64,000 nucleotides of DNA from an uncultured Trueperaceae bacterium (GCA_963727505.1 CAVSGP010000004.1:672001-736000); one strand, 5' to 3'. Positions 52,302 to 62,553 are shown, counted from the first letter of the stretch. Notes: a model not told the origin generated them from the letters alone. Program-made: numbers and translations.

Positions 52302-54404
52302 ATGGGACACCGTGTCTGCAGGGGAATTCGGAACGTGTTGCTGGCGGCGGCCTGGATCGCCGCCATGTCACCAGGAGCGTTCGCGCAGGACGCCGCCGCA
52401 CAGCCCGACGCGGCTCCGCCGGCGCATCTTCCGGTGACGAGAGTGGTGCTGTTCACCACCGGGGTCGGCTACTTCGAGCACAGCGGCACCGTTACCGGAA
52501 CGCAACAGCTCGACCTGCCGGTGGCGGCGGATCAGATGGACGATCTGCTGCAGAGCCTGGTGGTGCAGGACCTGGACGGCGGAACGGTACGTCCTGTGCG
52601 CTACGCGTCGCAGGACCCGCTCGGCCGCGTGCTCGCCGGCTACGCACTCGACCTGTCGAACGACCCCACGCTGGCGCAGCTCCTGGCGCAGGCGCGCGGG
52701 GAGACCGTTCACCTGGAAGCGGGCCAACCGCTGGACGGCACCATCGTCAACGTCGAGCGCGTGCCGGCGCAGGACGGGCCGCCCACCACCTTCCTCACCA
52801 TTCTGAGCGCGAGCGGGCTGCAGCGCGTCGGCCTCGACGAGGTGCGCAGCGTGCGCTTCGCCAGCGCCTCGCTGCAGGCCGATCTGGAGGCGGCCCTCGG
52901 GACCATCGCCCGCTACCGCGGGCACGCCGCGGGCAGCGTGCGGATCCTGTTCTCCGGCGACGGCACGCGCCGCGTGCGCGTAGGCTACGTGCGCGAGATG
53001 CCGGTCTGGAAGACGAGCTACCGCCTGGTGCTCGGTGCCGACGGCACCGCCGACCTCCAGGGCTGGGCCATCGTCGACAACCCCACTGACGTCGATCTCA
53101 CCGGCGTCCGGATGGCGTTCGTAGCCGGAAGGCCGATCTCCTTCGTGACCAACCTCTACGATCCGATCTACCTGCAGCGCCCGCACGTGTCGCTCGACCT
53201 CGCACAGAACCTCGTCCCGCAGGCCTACGCCGGCGACAGCGCGCCTGCGGCCAAGAGCGCGGATCGCGCCATGACACAGAGCGCCGCGCCCGGGATGGCC
53301 GAGAGCGCGGTGGGCGGGCTGGCCCCGGCGCCGTCGGCACCGCGGCTCAGCGGCGCCGGGGTGGCCGCCATGGCCCAGGGCACGGCCTCCGGCGCGACCT
53401 TCACGTACGAAGTGCGCCAGCCGGTGACGGTGGCCCGACACGAGTCCGCCATGATCCCCATCGTGCTGAAGTCGGTGCCGGCGCGGCGCCTGTCGGTGTT
53501 CGACCCGTCGGTGCTGGCCTCGCACCCGCTGCGCGGCGTACGGCTCACCAACGATACCGGCCTCCACCTGGCCGCGGGACCGGTGACGGTGTTCGACAGC
53601 GCCGGCTTCACCGGCGACACCCGGTTCACCGACATCGTGCCGGGCGACGATCGGTTGCTGACCTACGCCGTCGACCTGGGCGTGGACGTGACCACCGAGG
53701 GATCGAGCGAACCGGAGCGCGTCACCGCGGTCGCGCTGGTCGATGGCGCCGTCGCGACGACCACCAAGCAGCGCGTTCGCACCACCTACACCCTCAGCGC
53801 TCGCGACGGCGAGGCGCGCTTCGTGGTGATCGCCCATCCCAAGCGCCCGGGCTACGATCTCGTCGCGCCGGCCTCGGCGGCCGAGACCCCGGCGAGCTAC
53901 CGCCTCGGCGTGGCCCTCGCCGCCGCCGACGGCACGACGCCGGAAGGCGACACCACCGTCCCCACCTCGGCACGTTGCGATGCGAAGGGACCGTGCTCCC
54001 TCGAGGTGGTCCTGGAGCGCACCGTGCATCGCTCGGTGGCCGTCTCCAACGTGTCGAGCGGCGACATCGCGTACTACCTGAGCAACGTCGATCTCAGCAG
54101 CCAGGACCGCGCCACCTTGCGCCAGGTGCTCGACCTCAAGCGCCAGATCGCGGCCCTCGACAGCAACCTCGCCGAGCGCCGTTCGCACATCGACGCCATC
54201 TTCCAGGACCAGAGCCGCATCCGCCAGAACATGGCTGCCCTCGACCGGAACAGCTCCCTGTACAAGCGCTACGCATCGGACCTCGAGCAGCAGGAGAACC
54301 AGCTCCAGACGCTCCGCAGCGAACTGGACGACCTGCAGGCGCAGCGGAGCACCCGGCAGGGCCAGCTCGACGCCCTGTTGCGCTCGCTGGGAGGGGGCTC
54401 CTGA
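52302..54404 (+). CDS. Secreted DUF4139-type protein with C-terminal coiled coil
   Basis: Signal peptide; LPVTRVVLFTTGVGYFE, YVREMPVWKTSYRL, QGWAIVDN and DQSRIRQNM. Confidence 0.78.
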   Translation: MGHRVCRGIRNVLLAAAWIAAMSPGAFAQDAAAQPDAAPPAHLPVTRVVLFTTGVGYFEHSGTVTGTQQLDLPVAADQMDDLLQSLVVQDLDGGTVRPVRYASQDPLGRVLAGYALDLSNDPTLAQLLAQARGETVHLEAGQPLDGTIVNVERVPAQDGPPTTFLTILSASGLQRVGLDEVRSVRFASASLQADLEAALGTIARYRGHAAGSVRILFSGDGTRRVRVGYVREMPVWKTSYRLVLGADGTADLQGWAIVDNPTDVDLTGVRMAFVAGRPISFVTNLYDPIYLQRPHVSLDLAQNLVPQAYAGDSAPAAKSADRAMTQSAAPGMAESAVGGLAPAPSAPRLSGAGVAAMAQGTASGATFTYEVRQPVTVARHESAMIPIVLKSVPARRLSVFDPSVLASHPLRGVRLTNDTGLHLAAGPVTVFDSAGFTGDTRFTDIVPGDDRLLTYAVDLGVDVTTEGSSEPERVTAVALVDGAVATTTKQRVRTTYTLSARDGEARFVVIAHPKRPGYDLVAPASAAETPASYRLGVALAAADGTTPEGDTTVPTSARCDAKGPCSLEVVLERTVHRSVAVSNVSSGDIAYYLSNVDLSSQDRATLRQVLDLKRQIAALDSNLAERRSHIDAIFQDQSRIRQNMAALDRNSSLYKRYASDLEQQENQLQTLRSELDDLQAQRSTRQGQLDALLRSLGGGS

Positions 54405-54490
54405 CGGTCCCCGGCGTCCTACCTTGACGCAGGTCCGCCCACGGCAGTCGCCGTGGGCGGACCCCCTTGTGGAGGGGCGCTAGTGGGGCA

Positions 54491-57400
54491 TCACCCGCAC
54501 TTGGAGTAGCCGCAACTCTCGCACTTCTGGCAGCCCTCCTCGAAGCGCAGCGGGGCGCCGCAGTCGGGGCAGGCCTTGCCGCGATTGAGGACGTTCTCGG
54601 CACCCGCCGTCTCCAGCGCGACGGCCAGCAGGTCGGCCTTCGACGCCACGAGGCGACCATGGTAGCTGCCGTACATGCCGCCGTTGATGCCGCGCAGCGT
54701 CTTGATGAGGGCCTCGGCGGGCACGCCGTATTGCAGTGCGATCGACACCACCCGTCCCAGCGCCTCGCTGTCCGCGTTGGCTTCGTCCCCGGCCTTGCCC
54801 GAGACGATGAAGACCTCGGTGGCGAGCCCGTCCTGCTTGTTGACGGTCACGAAGAACCCCCGCTTCTCGCCGTTGGGGAGCATCAGCTTCACGGCATCGG
54901 TGAAACCGGGGAGTCGCAGCGGTCGCTCGAACAGCGGTTCGCTCGGTAGCCGGTCGACGCGCGGGTCGGCCGACGCGCTCGCGCCGTGCGCGACGCCGGC
55001 CGTGCCGGGAACGGTCGAGGCGACCGTCGCTGCGGACAGCGTGCCGCCCGTCGCGGACCCGTCGTCTTCCTTCTTGACGGCCTGGGTGGAGAGCACCTGG
55101 AACTCGCGCGAGCCGTCCCGATAGACGGTGATGCCCTTGCAGCCGGTCTCGAAGGCCAGCCCGTAGGCGTCGAAGACGTCCTGCGCGGACGCGTGCTTGG
55201 GCAGGTTGATGGTCTTGCTGATGGAGTTGGCGACCTGCTTGCCACCGTCGAACGCCTGCTGTACGACCCCCTGCATCCGCACGTGATCGGCCGGCGCGAT
55301 GTCGTGCGCACACATCAGGACGGTCTTGACGGCATCGGGGACGAAGTCGAGCCCCTGCACGCTGCCGTGGTTGGCCTGCACGGCCTCGACCACCTTGTCC
55401 CAGTCCCAGCCGCCTTCGCCGGCGTAGTCGGGGTGCGCGGCGTGCTCCTCCATCAACTCCCGGAACAGCGGATGGACCAGCGCGGCGTAGTCGCTTCCGA
55501 TCTTGCGATAGATGAACGGCGCGAACACCGGCTCCACGCCCGAGGACACCCCCATCAACATGCTGGTGGTCCCGGTGGGTGCGACGGTCAGCACGGCGAT
55601 GTTGCGGCGGGGTGTGTCCAGCCCGCTCTCGGGGAACAGCGGGAAGGGAGCGCGCTCCTCGGCCAGACCTTCACTGGCCTCGGTGGCCGCCTCACGCAAC
55701 TCGGTGATCATGGCGTGCACGGCGTCGCGCCCCTCGTCCGTGTTGTAGGCGTAGCCCATGCGGATGAGCGCGTCGGCCAGCCCCATCACGCCGAGTCCCA
55801 GGCGGCGCAGCTTCATGCTCATGGCGCGGTTGTCCTCGAGGGCGAAGCGGTTCACCTCGAGAACGTTGTCCAGGAAGCGCACGCAGGTGCCCACGTCCGC
55901 GCGGAAAGCTCGGCGGTCGAAGCCGTCCATCCCGCGTCCGGACTCGCGCACGTAGGCGGCGAGGTTCATCGCGCCCAGGTCGCAGGGCTCGCCGGGGTAC
56001 AGCGGGATCTCCCCGCAGTTGTGCGCCCGAAGCCCGTTGGCATCGAACTCGTGGACGTGCTCGACGATCACGTCGTACACCTGCTCCTCGCCGTCAGCCT
56101 CGATCGCGACGACCTCGTCGACGAAGCGTTCGCGGTTGAGGCGCCGCCGGTAGCCGGCGAGCAGGCTGTCGAGCCGCTCCTGCTTGGCGCCATCCGAGAA
56201 GCCCGCCCGGCTCGCGAAGACCTCGAGGTTGCTGCCGCTCACGACGAGCTCGTGCTGGGCCGTGGTGCGGTAGGCGCGCCGGCCGCCGCGACCGTCGGGC
56301 AGCACGCTCGTGCCCTCCGGACGGCGTTCCGTGTAGATGGTCGACACTACGCCCAGCCGGGCCAGCATGCGCTGCACACGCCGGAGCGTATCGAGGTTCG
56401 ATTGCGCCAGACGCACGCTCACCCCTTTGCGCTGGCTGCCCTGCACCGACCCATCGGCGTCGAACAGGCCCCGAAGAACGCCGATCGTGAAGGCGCTGCT
56501 CGCGCCCTCCACGGCGTCCGTGATGCCCTTGGCCCCACGGGCCAGCCCGAAGCGCCGAGCGAGCTGCCCCAGCGTCCGGGAGGCGACGCGGGCCCGGCCC
56601 TCCCCGGTCGTGACCCAGACCTTGGCGAGCGGATGGCCGATGCCGCGGAGCAGGCCGGCGGCTGCCTCCGCGCGCTCGCCGGCGTCCTCGCCCCAGAAGT
56701 CGAGCGCCGCCATGCCCTCCTTGTCGGTCAGGAAGGTACCGTCCCCCACGAGCATGCCCAGTGCCCACCCCTCGGCTTCAGTGCCGGGGCCGGACCACGG
56801 CGCTGCCGAACGCTGGTCGGCGAGAGCGATGCGGTCCCCCACCGCCAGCGATCCGGCCTCCTCCCACGTGCTCTCCAACGCATAACGCGTGAGCCGCGTG
56901 ATCTTGCGCAGGGGATGGTCGGCGGTGAGCCGCAGCTGGAAGCCTCTGCGGGTGCGCACCCGCAGGATTGGCTTGACCCCCGTCGGGAAGAAGCCGCTGG
57001 ACTCCAGGCCGTAGCGCTCGCCATCGACGACAGCACAGAAGTCGCGCCCCACTAGATCGCCCACGCGGCGCGCGCCCATGTGCGTGGTCACCCAGGTGTC
57101 GGCCGTGACGCAGGGGTTGGTGGCCTTGATGTCACCCATCGCCTCGCGCATCGGATTGAACTCGTTGATGCGGTCCACGTAGATCAGCCCGGGCTCACCG
57201 GTCTGCCAGGCGTGCCGCGCGATGTCCTCGAGGACGTCGCCGCCCTCGCGCGCGATGCTCTGCCGCATGAAGGCGTCACTCACGAGCACCGAAATGTTGA
57301 AGGTGCTGATATCCCCCTCGGCCTGCTCGCGCTCCAGGTCCTTGGCGGTGATGAAGTCGCGCACGTCGGGGTGCGTGATGGAGATGGTGGCCATGCCGGC

Positions 57401-58279
57401 ACCGCGGCGCGTGCCGCCCTGCCGGATCACGCGCAGCGTGGGCGCGAAGACGTAGCGCAGGGTCGCCACCGGCCCCGCGAAGTCGGCGCCGCCGAGACCC
57501 GCCCAGATGGCGAAGTTGTCGAACACCTCGACCGCGAAGCTGGAGGGGCCGCTGGAGCTTCCGCCCGAGCCCTGCACCGGCGTGCCCTCGGGACGCAACG
57601 CACTCAGGTCGAGCACGACGTCGTCGCCGCGAAGCAACGCGGCGATCATGGCGGTGCCTCCCTGCCAGATGCTCTCCACCGAGTCGCCGACGGTCTCGAG
57701 CTGGCCGCCCGAGGGGGCGTCCTGGCGCTCCACGAAGGTGGCGGCCCGGTACCCGCGCGTGACGTACTCGCCGCGCACCAGATCGAAGAAGGTGCCGCTA
57801 CGGACCTTCTCGTAGTCGTCGTGCGCAGGATCGATGGTGAGGAAGAGCCGCCCGCAGCGACCCGTGAAGGCACGCTTGGGCCGGATCGGGTCGAGGTTCA
57901 GGCCGTTGCCGCCGCCCACCTTGGTGACCAGCGCGAGCTTGGTCGCGAGCCGCATGACCCAGGGGGTGGTCGCAGGGCGCTCGGGGCTGCCGTCCTGCAC
58001 GAAGCAGTTCAGAACGTTGCCGTGACCGGTGGCAGCGCCGGCGAGCACGCGCCCGCCCGGACAGAAGCGCTTGCTCGCCATCAGGTCGTAGAAGCGCTCG
58101 GACATGTCCGCCCGCACGTTCTCGCCCTCGGGGCTGGCCACCCAGCTCGCGACGCGCGCGAACATGTCCTCCAGCGTCCCGTCGCCCGGCTGGAAGTACT
58201 GCCGCTTGGCGATCGCCCGCGCATGATCGTCGAAGCCCGCGAGGGTGCCTGCTTCGTGGGGCGTACGTGCTCTGGCCAC
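54491..58279 (-). CDS. nrdJ: Class II (adenosylcobalamin-dependent) ribonucleotide reductase containing an intein; C-terminal TSCPD and zinc ribbon
   Basis: PGGRVL, NCFV, QGGTRRGA, TNP|CGE, RRLGLGVMG, APTGTTS, ISKTIN, KGITVYRDGSR and CPDC...CESCGYSKC. Confidence 0.92.
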   Translation of the reverse strand: MARARTPHEAGTLAGFDDHARAIAKRQYFQPGDGTLEDMFARVASWVASPEGENVRADMSERFYDLMASKRFCPGGRVLAGAATGHGNVLNCFVQDGSPERPATTPWVMRLATKLALVTKVGGGNGLNLDPIRPKRAFTGRCGRLFLTIDPAHDDYEKVRSGTFFDLVRGEYVTRGYRAATFVERQDAPSGGQLETVGDSVESIWQGGTAMIAALLRGDDVVLDLSALRPEGTPVQGSGGSSSGPSSFAVEVFDNFAIWAGLGGADFAGPVATLRYVFAPTLRVIRQGGTRRGAGMATISITHPDVRDFITAKDLEREQAEGDISTFNISVLVSDAFMRQSIAREGGDVLEDIARHAWQTGEPGLIYVDRINEFNPMREAMGDIKATNPCVTADTWVTTHMGARRVGDLVGRDFCAVVDGERYGLESSGFFPTGVKPILRVRTRRGFQLRLTADHPLRKITRLTRYALESTWEEAGSLAVGDRIALADQRSAAPWSGPGTEAEGWALGMLVGDGTFLTDKEGMAALDFWGEDAGERAEAAAGLLRGIGHPLAKVWVTTGEGRARVASRTLGQLARRFGLARGAKGITDAVEGASSAFTIGVLRGLFDADGSVQGSQRKGVSVRLAQSNLDTLRRVQRMLARLGVVSTIYTERRPEGTSVLPDGRGGRRAYRTTAQHELVVSGSNLEVFASRAGFSDGAKQERLDSLLAGYRRRLNRERFVDEVVAIEADGEEQVYDVIVEHVHEFDANGLRAHNCGEIPLYPGEPCDLGAMNLAAYVRESGRGMDGFDRRAFRADVGTCVRFLDNVLEVNRFALEDNRAMSMKLRRLGLGVMGLADALIRMGYAYNTDEGRDAVHAMITELREAATEASEGLAEERAPFPLFPESGLDTPRRNIAVLTVAPTGTTSMLMGVSSGVEPVFAPFIYRKIGSDYAALVHPLFRELMEEHAAHPDYAGEGGWDWDKVVEAVQANHGSVQGLDFVPDAVKTVLMCAHDIAPADHVRMQGVVQQAFDGGKQVANSISKTINLPKHASAQDVFDAYGLAFETGCKGITVYRDGSREFQVLSTQAVKKEDDGSATGGTLSAATVASTVPGTAGVAHGASASADPRVDRLPSEPLFERPLRLPGFTDAVKLMLPNGEKRGFFVTVNKQDGLATEVFIVSGKAGDEANADSEALGRVVSIALQYGVPAEALIKTLRGINGGMYGSYHGRLVASKADLLAVALETAGAENVLNRGKACPDCGAPLRFEEGCQKCESCGYSKCG
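56018..57112 (-). mobile_element. Intein with LAGLIDADG homing endonuclease (365 aa) at the RNR catalytic NP|CGE site
   Basis: Starts CVTADTWV; block B LTADHP; LGMLVGDG and LRGLFDADG; ends VYDV...HN followed by +1 Cys. Confidence 0.95.
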
Positions 58280-58370
58280 AATCGTCCTCCCTGTCCCGAG
58301 AGCGTCCGATGACGCTCGAGAAGGCTGTCTCCCCTGTTTGGCGGCGCCCCGAGCGCCGCACCCTATCGAT

Positions 58371-58417
58371 CAGCTAGATATTGTCTATTGACGCTAGCAA
58401 GATACAACATGTTGTCA
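58371..58417. promoter_or_regulatory. Tandem NrdR boxes upstream of nrdJ
   Basis: CAGCTAGATATTGTCT (58371) and ATACAACATGTTGTCA (58402), 31 bp apart. Confidence 0.8.
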
Positions 58418-58536
58418 TGGTAAGCGGTTTCACACCGCTCGGACGCTGCGCCGGCCGACCTGCGCCGACCCCCCGCTCACGCCCCTTCTCCCGAACCCCA
58501 ACCTATCACCGCGAGCGGGGCGCTTCAAGGGTTCAC

Positions 58537-58691
58537 ACCCATCATGTGGGGATGTGAACGCCCGTGCATACCACATCTTGTATGCACGGGCGTTGCGGCC
58601 CCGAGGGTTGGCGGCCAGGAGCACCGCCCAGGCGGGAACTCGTCGGTCCGGTCCGTTCGAGCGGTCGCCATGGGGCTACCACATGTGGTAC
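58537..58691. promoter_or_regulatory. Additional NrdR-like boxes
   Basis: ACCCATCATGTGGGGA (58537), ATACCACATCTTGTAT (58568, again 31 bp apart) and CTACCACATGTGGTAC (58676). Confidence 0.55.
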
Positions 58692-58703
58692 CCGCGACCG
58701 TCG

Positions 58704-60221
58704 TCAGTGCCGGAAGTGCCGTTCCCCCGTGAGCACCATCGCCAGACCGCGCTCGTTGGCGGCCTCGATCACCTGCTCGTCGCGGATCGAACCTCCCGGC
58801 TGGACCACGACCGCCACCCCCGCATCGGCCGCGGCATCCACCCCGTCACGGAACGGGAAGAACGCGTCGCTCGCGCAGGCGCCGCCGCGCGCCCGGCCCG
58901 CCGCCTTCTTCGCAGCGATCTCGACGGCATCGACGCGGCTCTGTTGGCCCGCCCCCACCGCCACCGCGCTGCCTCCGGCCACGAAGACGATGGCGTTCGA
59001 GGACGTGAAGGCGCACACCCGGTATGCCAACTCCAGGTCGCGCCACTGCTCCTCGGTGGGCTGCGCCTCGGTCACGACCTTCCACGCGCTGCGCTCGATA
59101 CGCACCGGATCGGGCTGCTGCACCAGGAAGCCGCCGTCGATGCGGCGCAGCTCCAGCCCTCGCTGGCCCGGCGGCTGCGCCTCCAGCACCCGCATGTTCT
59201 TGCGCTTGCGGGCGAACAGCTCGAGCGCCTCGGGAGCGTAGCCGCGGGCGATGAGCACGTCGGCCTTGGGATTGGCGACGATGGCCCGGGCGAGCCCTTC
59301 GTCCACTGTGCCTGGCAGCGCCACGACCCCTCCGAAAGCGGACTTCGGATCCGCCTCGAACGCCGCCGCGTAGGCCGCGCTCAGGTCGGCGGCCACCGCC
59401 GCGCCGCAGGGATTGGCGTGCTTGGCGATCACGGCCGCGCGCCCGTCGCCGAGCTCGAAGGCAAGCCGCCAGGCGGCGTCGGCATCGAAGAGGTTGAGGT
59501 AGGACAGCGCCATGCCCGAGTGCTGTACCACCGAGTCCCACCATCCCCGCTGGCCGACCTCGCGATAGCGAGCGCCGTTCTGGTGCGGGTTCTCGCCGTA
59601 GCGCAGGACCTCGGCCCGTTCCAACGCCAGGTTGAGGTGCTCCGGTAACGCCTCGTCGCGCTCCATCCACGCCACGATGGCGGCGTCGTACGCCGCGCTG
59701 TGCGCGAAGGCCTTCCGGGCCAGGGAACGCCGCAGGGCCTGGTCGGGGCCGGCGCGGATCGCGTCGAGCACGGCCTCGTAGTCGTCGGGATCGACCACCA
59801 CCAGTACGGAGGGGTGGTTCTTGGCCGCAGCGCGCAACATGCTGGGACCTCCGATGTCGATGGTCTCCAGCGCCTCCGGCCAGTCGACGCCGGGCCGCGC
59901 AACGGTCTCCCGGAAGGGGTAGAGGTTGACGGCCACGAGGTCGATCGGGGCGATGTCATGCTCGCGCAGCTCGGCCAGGTGCGCCTCGTCGCGCCTCGCA
60001 AGCAACCCGCCGTGGATGCGTGGATGCAGCGTCTTGACGCGGCCGTCGAGGATCTCGGGGAAGCCCGTGACGTCGGCCACGGCAACGGCGGGCACGTCCG
60101 CTTCCCGCAGCGCCTTCAACGTACCTCCGGTCGACACGATGTCGTAACCGAGGTCGTGCAGGCCGCGCGCGAAGCCTGCCAGCCCGCGCTTGTCCGAAAC
60201 GCTCAGGAGAGCTCGGGGCAT
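58704..60221 (-). CDS. purH: Bifunctional AICAR transformylase/IMP cyclohydrolase
   Basis: RALLSVSDK, GRVKTLHP, IDIGGP, LRYGENPHQ, SDAFFPF and TGERHFRH. Confidence 0.96.
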   Translation of the reverse strand: MPRALLSVSDKRGLAGFARGLHDLGYDIVSTGGTLKALREADVPAVAVADVTGFPEILDGRVKTLHPRIHGGLLARRDEAHLAELREHDIAPIDLVAVNLYPFRETVARPGVDWPEALETIDIGGPSMLRAAAKNHPSVLVVVDPDDYEAVLDAIRAGPDQALRRSLARKAFAHSAAYDAAIVAWMERDEALPEHLNLALERAEVLRYGENPHQNGARYREVGQRGWWDSVVQHSGMALSYLNLFDADAAWRLAFELGDGRAAVIAKHANPCGAAVAADLSAAYAAAFEADPKSAFGGVVALPGTVDEGLARAIVANPKADVLIARGYAPEALELFARKRKNMRVLEAQPPGQRGLELRRIDGGFLVQQPDPVRIERSAWKVVTEAQPTEEQWRDLELAYRVCAFTSSNAIVFVAGGSAVAVGAGQQSRVDAVEIAAKKAAGRARGGACASDAFFPFRDGVDAAADAGVAVVVQPGGSIRDEQVIEAANERGLAMVLTGERHFRH

Positions 60222-60248
60222 GACGGAACCACCTCCAGATGTACGGTC

Positions 60249-60274
60249 GGCGGGCGCTCCGAAGAGCGCCCGCC
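60249..60274 (-). terminator. C(UUCG)G tetraloop hairpin between the surA-like gene and purH
   Basis: GGCGGGCGCTC-TTCG-GAGCGCCCGCC on the minus strand; no U-tract. Confidence 0.5.
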
Positions 60275-60282
60275 GTAAGGAA

Positions 60283-62424
60283 CTAGTTGCTGCCGCCGGC
60301 CTGGCCGGAACCGGAGCTCGACGAGCCGTTGGCCGGGCTGCCGCCGTTGGCCGGCGCACTCGAGGACCCGGAGGAGCTGCTGCCCGACGAGGTCCCGTTG
60401 CCGGAGGAACCCGTACCGGAGGAACCCGTGCCCGAGGAACCAGTGCCGGGCGTGCCACCGCTCGAAGACCCCGCCCCCGTGCTCGGCGCACCGCCGTTGG
60501 AGCCGGACGACTGTTGCTGCTGCTGTTGCTGCTGTTGTTGCTGGATCTGCGCCAGGTTGTTCTCGACCTTGATCTGTTTCTTCATCTTGTCGAGCCAGTC
60601 GGTGCGCAATTGTTGCTGCTGGTTCGACAGCACGGCCGCCTGGACCTGATCCTTGACCTCGCTGAAGCTGCGGGTGCGCTGGGGCGTGCGGACGGCCAGC
60701 AACACCACGTAGGTGTCCTTCGTCTTGGGCTGCGACGCGCTGCTGCTCCCCGTCTCGCCACCGGTATTGCCCGATGCGGTGCTCGAGCCGCTCGACGACG
60801 AGCCGTTGGCGCTACCGCTCGAGCTGTTGTTGTTCACCGGCTGCGACAGCACCAGCACGTCCGTGATGCCCTGTTTGCTGTTCGGCACGGAGGTGAAGGC
60901 GTCGGTCTTGAACAGCGCGGTGTCGAGCTCGGTCACAAGGTCGCCCGGCTTCACCGTGCCGAGATCCTTGACGGTGCCGTTGTCGGACTTGGCGGTGGCG
61001 TCGAGCGCCTTGCCCTGCAGAACGGCATTACGGAAGGACTCGGCATCCGCCTTGGTCGTGAAGTCCACGCGCGTCGCCTCGGCCTCCGCCGAGATGGTGA
61101 AGTTCGAGGTGTTGCTGTCGTAGTACTTCTTCATGGCGTCCTGCGTGGCGTTGGCGTCGCGGGACACGTAGTTGAGCGCCGCCTGCGCCACCATCTGACG
61201 GGTGCCGACCAGGTCGAGTTTCAGGGTCTGCGCACCCTGGTACGCCACGTAGGTGTCGACGAGCTGGCCGAGCACCGCCGGCTTGAAGAACTGGGTGACC
61301 AGGCTGGCGCTCTGCGGCGACAGAGCCTGCTGGATCTGCGGGTTGGTGTAAGTGGCACGGTCGAGATCCGCGGCGCTGATGGAGGCGTCACCGACCTTGG
61401 CCACCGTGGGGTTGTCGTAGCTGAGCGAACTCCCCGAGGGGACGCTGACCTTGGCGTCGGCCTTGAGCTGCTCGATCTTCTGCTGCACCACGCCCGTCTG
61501 CTTGGCCTTGACCGCGTCGGCCTTGACCTGGTCCTGGACCTTGTCGAACGCCTTCAGCTCGGCCGGCAGGTACGCCTCGACCTTGACGACGTAGTAGCGA
61601 CCCGCGGCGTTGACGACGTCGGTGATGCCAGGACCCTGCAGCCCGAAGGCCGCGTTGGCTACCGCGGTGGGCAGTGCCGGCTTGCCGACCGGTTGCGGCG
61701 TGCTCTCGCCCTTGGCCGCACCGAGCGCGCCACCGCGGTCGGCCAGCTCTTTGCTGTTGGCCTTGGCGAGCGCGGCGAAGTCGGCGCCGCCGACCGCCTG
61801 CTTCTGGAGCTCGACCGCGAGGGCGGGATCGTCGACCACGATCTCACGCGCCTTGATCTGGGGATCGGTCTGGTAACTGCTGTGGTGGGTGTCGTACCAG
61901 GCCTTCACCTCGGCGTCGGTGACCTTGACGTCCTTGGTGAGCGTGGTCTCCCACTTCTGCTGCCGCAGCGACTCACGCACGTAGTCGCGGAAGGTGGCAT
62001 CGGTGAAGCCGGCGTTGCCGAGGAGGTTGAGGTAGGCCTGATCGTTACCGCGGCCGGCCACCCCACGCGACTTCCGGAAGTCGTCGACCGACTTGTTGAC
62101 CTCGCGGCCGGAGACGTGCTCCTTGGCCGAAGCCTGCGTCAGGACGGCGTTCTGGATCAGGTTGTCGACGAGCAGGAGCTGCAGGTCGTTGGCGACCTCG
62201 CCCTGCGACACGGCGTTGTACAGCGGATTCTGGCGCGCGCGGGCGACCGCGTCCTGGTAGATGGGTTGCCCGTTGACCTGCAGCTCGACCGCGCCGTGGC
62301 TGGCGCCGCCGCCACCGCCGCCGAGGCGACCCAGCGTCGGCGTGAAGGTGATGATCATGCCGAAAAGCAATCCGATGGAGATGATCCACAGGATGATCGT
62401 GTTGGTGCGACGGTTGAACTTCAT
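60283..62424 (-). CDS. SurA/PpiD-like peptidyl-prolyl isomerase chaperone
   Basis: N-terminal TM, VNGQPI SurA-N domain, parvulin motif FAALAKANS...GGALG and a second degenerate repeat; poly-Q and Ser/Gly tail. Confidence 0.85.
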   Translation of the reverse strand: MKFNRRTNTIILWIISIGLLFGMIITFTPTLGRLGGGGGGASHGAVELQVNGQPIYQDAVARARQNPLYNAVSQGEVANDLQLLLVDNLIQNAVLTQASAKEHVSGREVNKSVDDFRKSRGVAGRGNDQAYLNLLGNAGFTDATFRDYVRESLRQQKWETTLTKDVKVTDAEVKAWYDTHHSSYQTDPQIKAREIVVDDPALAVELQKQAVGGADFAALAKANSKELADRGGALGAAKGESTPQPVGKPALPTAVANAAFGLQGPGITDVVNAAGRYYVVKVEAYLPAELKAFDKVQDQVKADAVKAKQTGVVQQKIEQLKADAKVSVPSGSSLSYDNPTVAKVGDASISAADLDRATYTNPQIQQALSPQSASLVTQFFKPAVLGQLVDTYVAYQGAQTLKLDLVGTRQMVAQAALNYVSRDANATQDAMKKYYDSNTSNFTISAEAEATRVDFTTKADAESFRNAVLQGKALDATAKSDNGTVKDLGTVKPGDLVTELDTALFKTDAFTSVPNSKQGITDVLVLSQPVNNNSSSGSANGSSSSGSSTASGNTGGETGSSSASQPKTKDTYVVLLAVRTPQRTRSFSEVKDQVQAAVLSNQQQQLRTDWLDKMKKQIKVENNLAQIQQQQQQQQQQQSSGSNGGAPSTGAGSSSGGTPGTGSSGTGSSGTGSSGNGTSSGSSSSGSSSAPANGGSPANGSSSSGSGQAGGSN

Positions 62425-62476
62425 TCCCTTGACTTCCTCCCAGAGCCTCTGATAGCTTTCTTAGTTGACTTCGCGC

Positions 62477-62553
62477 GCGCCCGTAGCTCAGCCGGATAGA
62501 GCGTTCGCCTCCGGAGCGAAAGGTCACAGGTTCGAATCCTGTCGGGCGCACCA
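62477..62553 (+). tRNA. tRNA-Arg(CCG)
   Basis: GCGCCCG acceptor stem, anticodon arm TTCGC-CTCCGGA-GCGAA, GGTTCGAATCC, CCA. Confidence 0.97.

Noticed and set aside
58280..58703. Cobalamin riboswitch upstream of B12-dependent nrdJ
   Set aside because: No B12-box or conserved core recognised; the visible palindromes fit NrdR boxes
60222..60282. ZTP (pfl) riboswitch before purH
   Set aside because: Only about 60 nt available, occupied by one UUCG hairpin and the RBS
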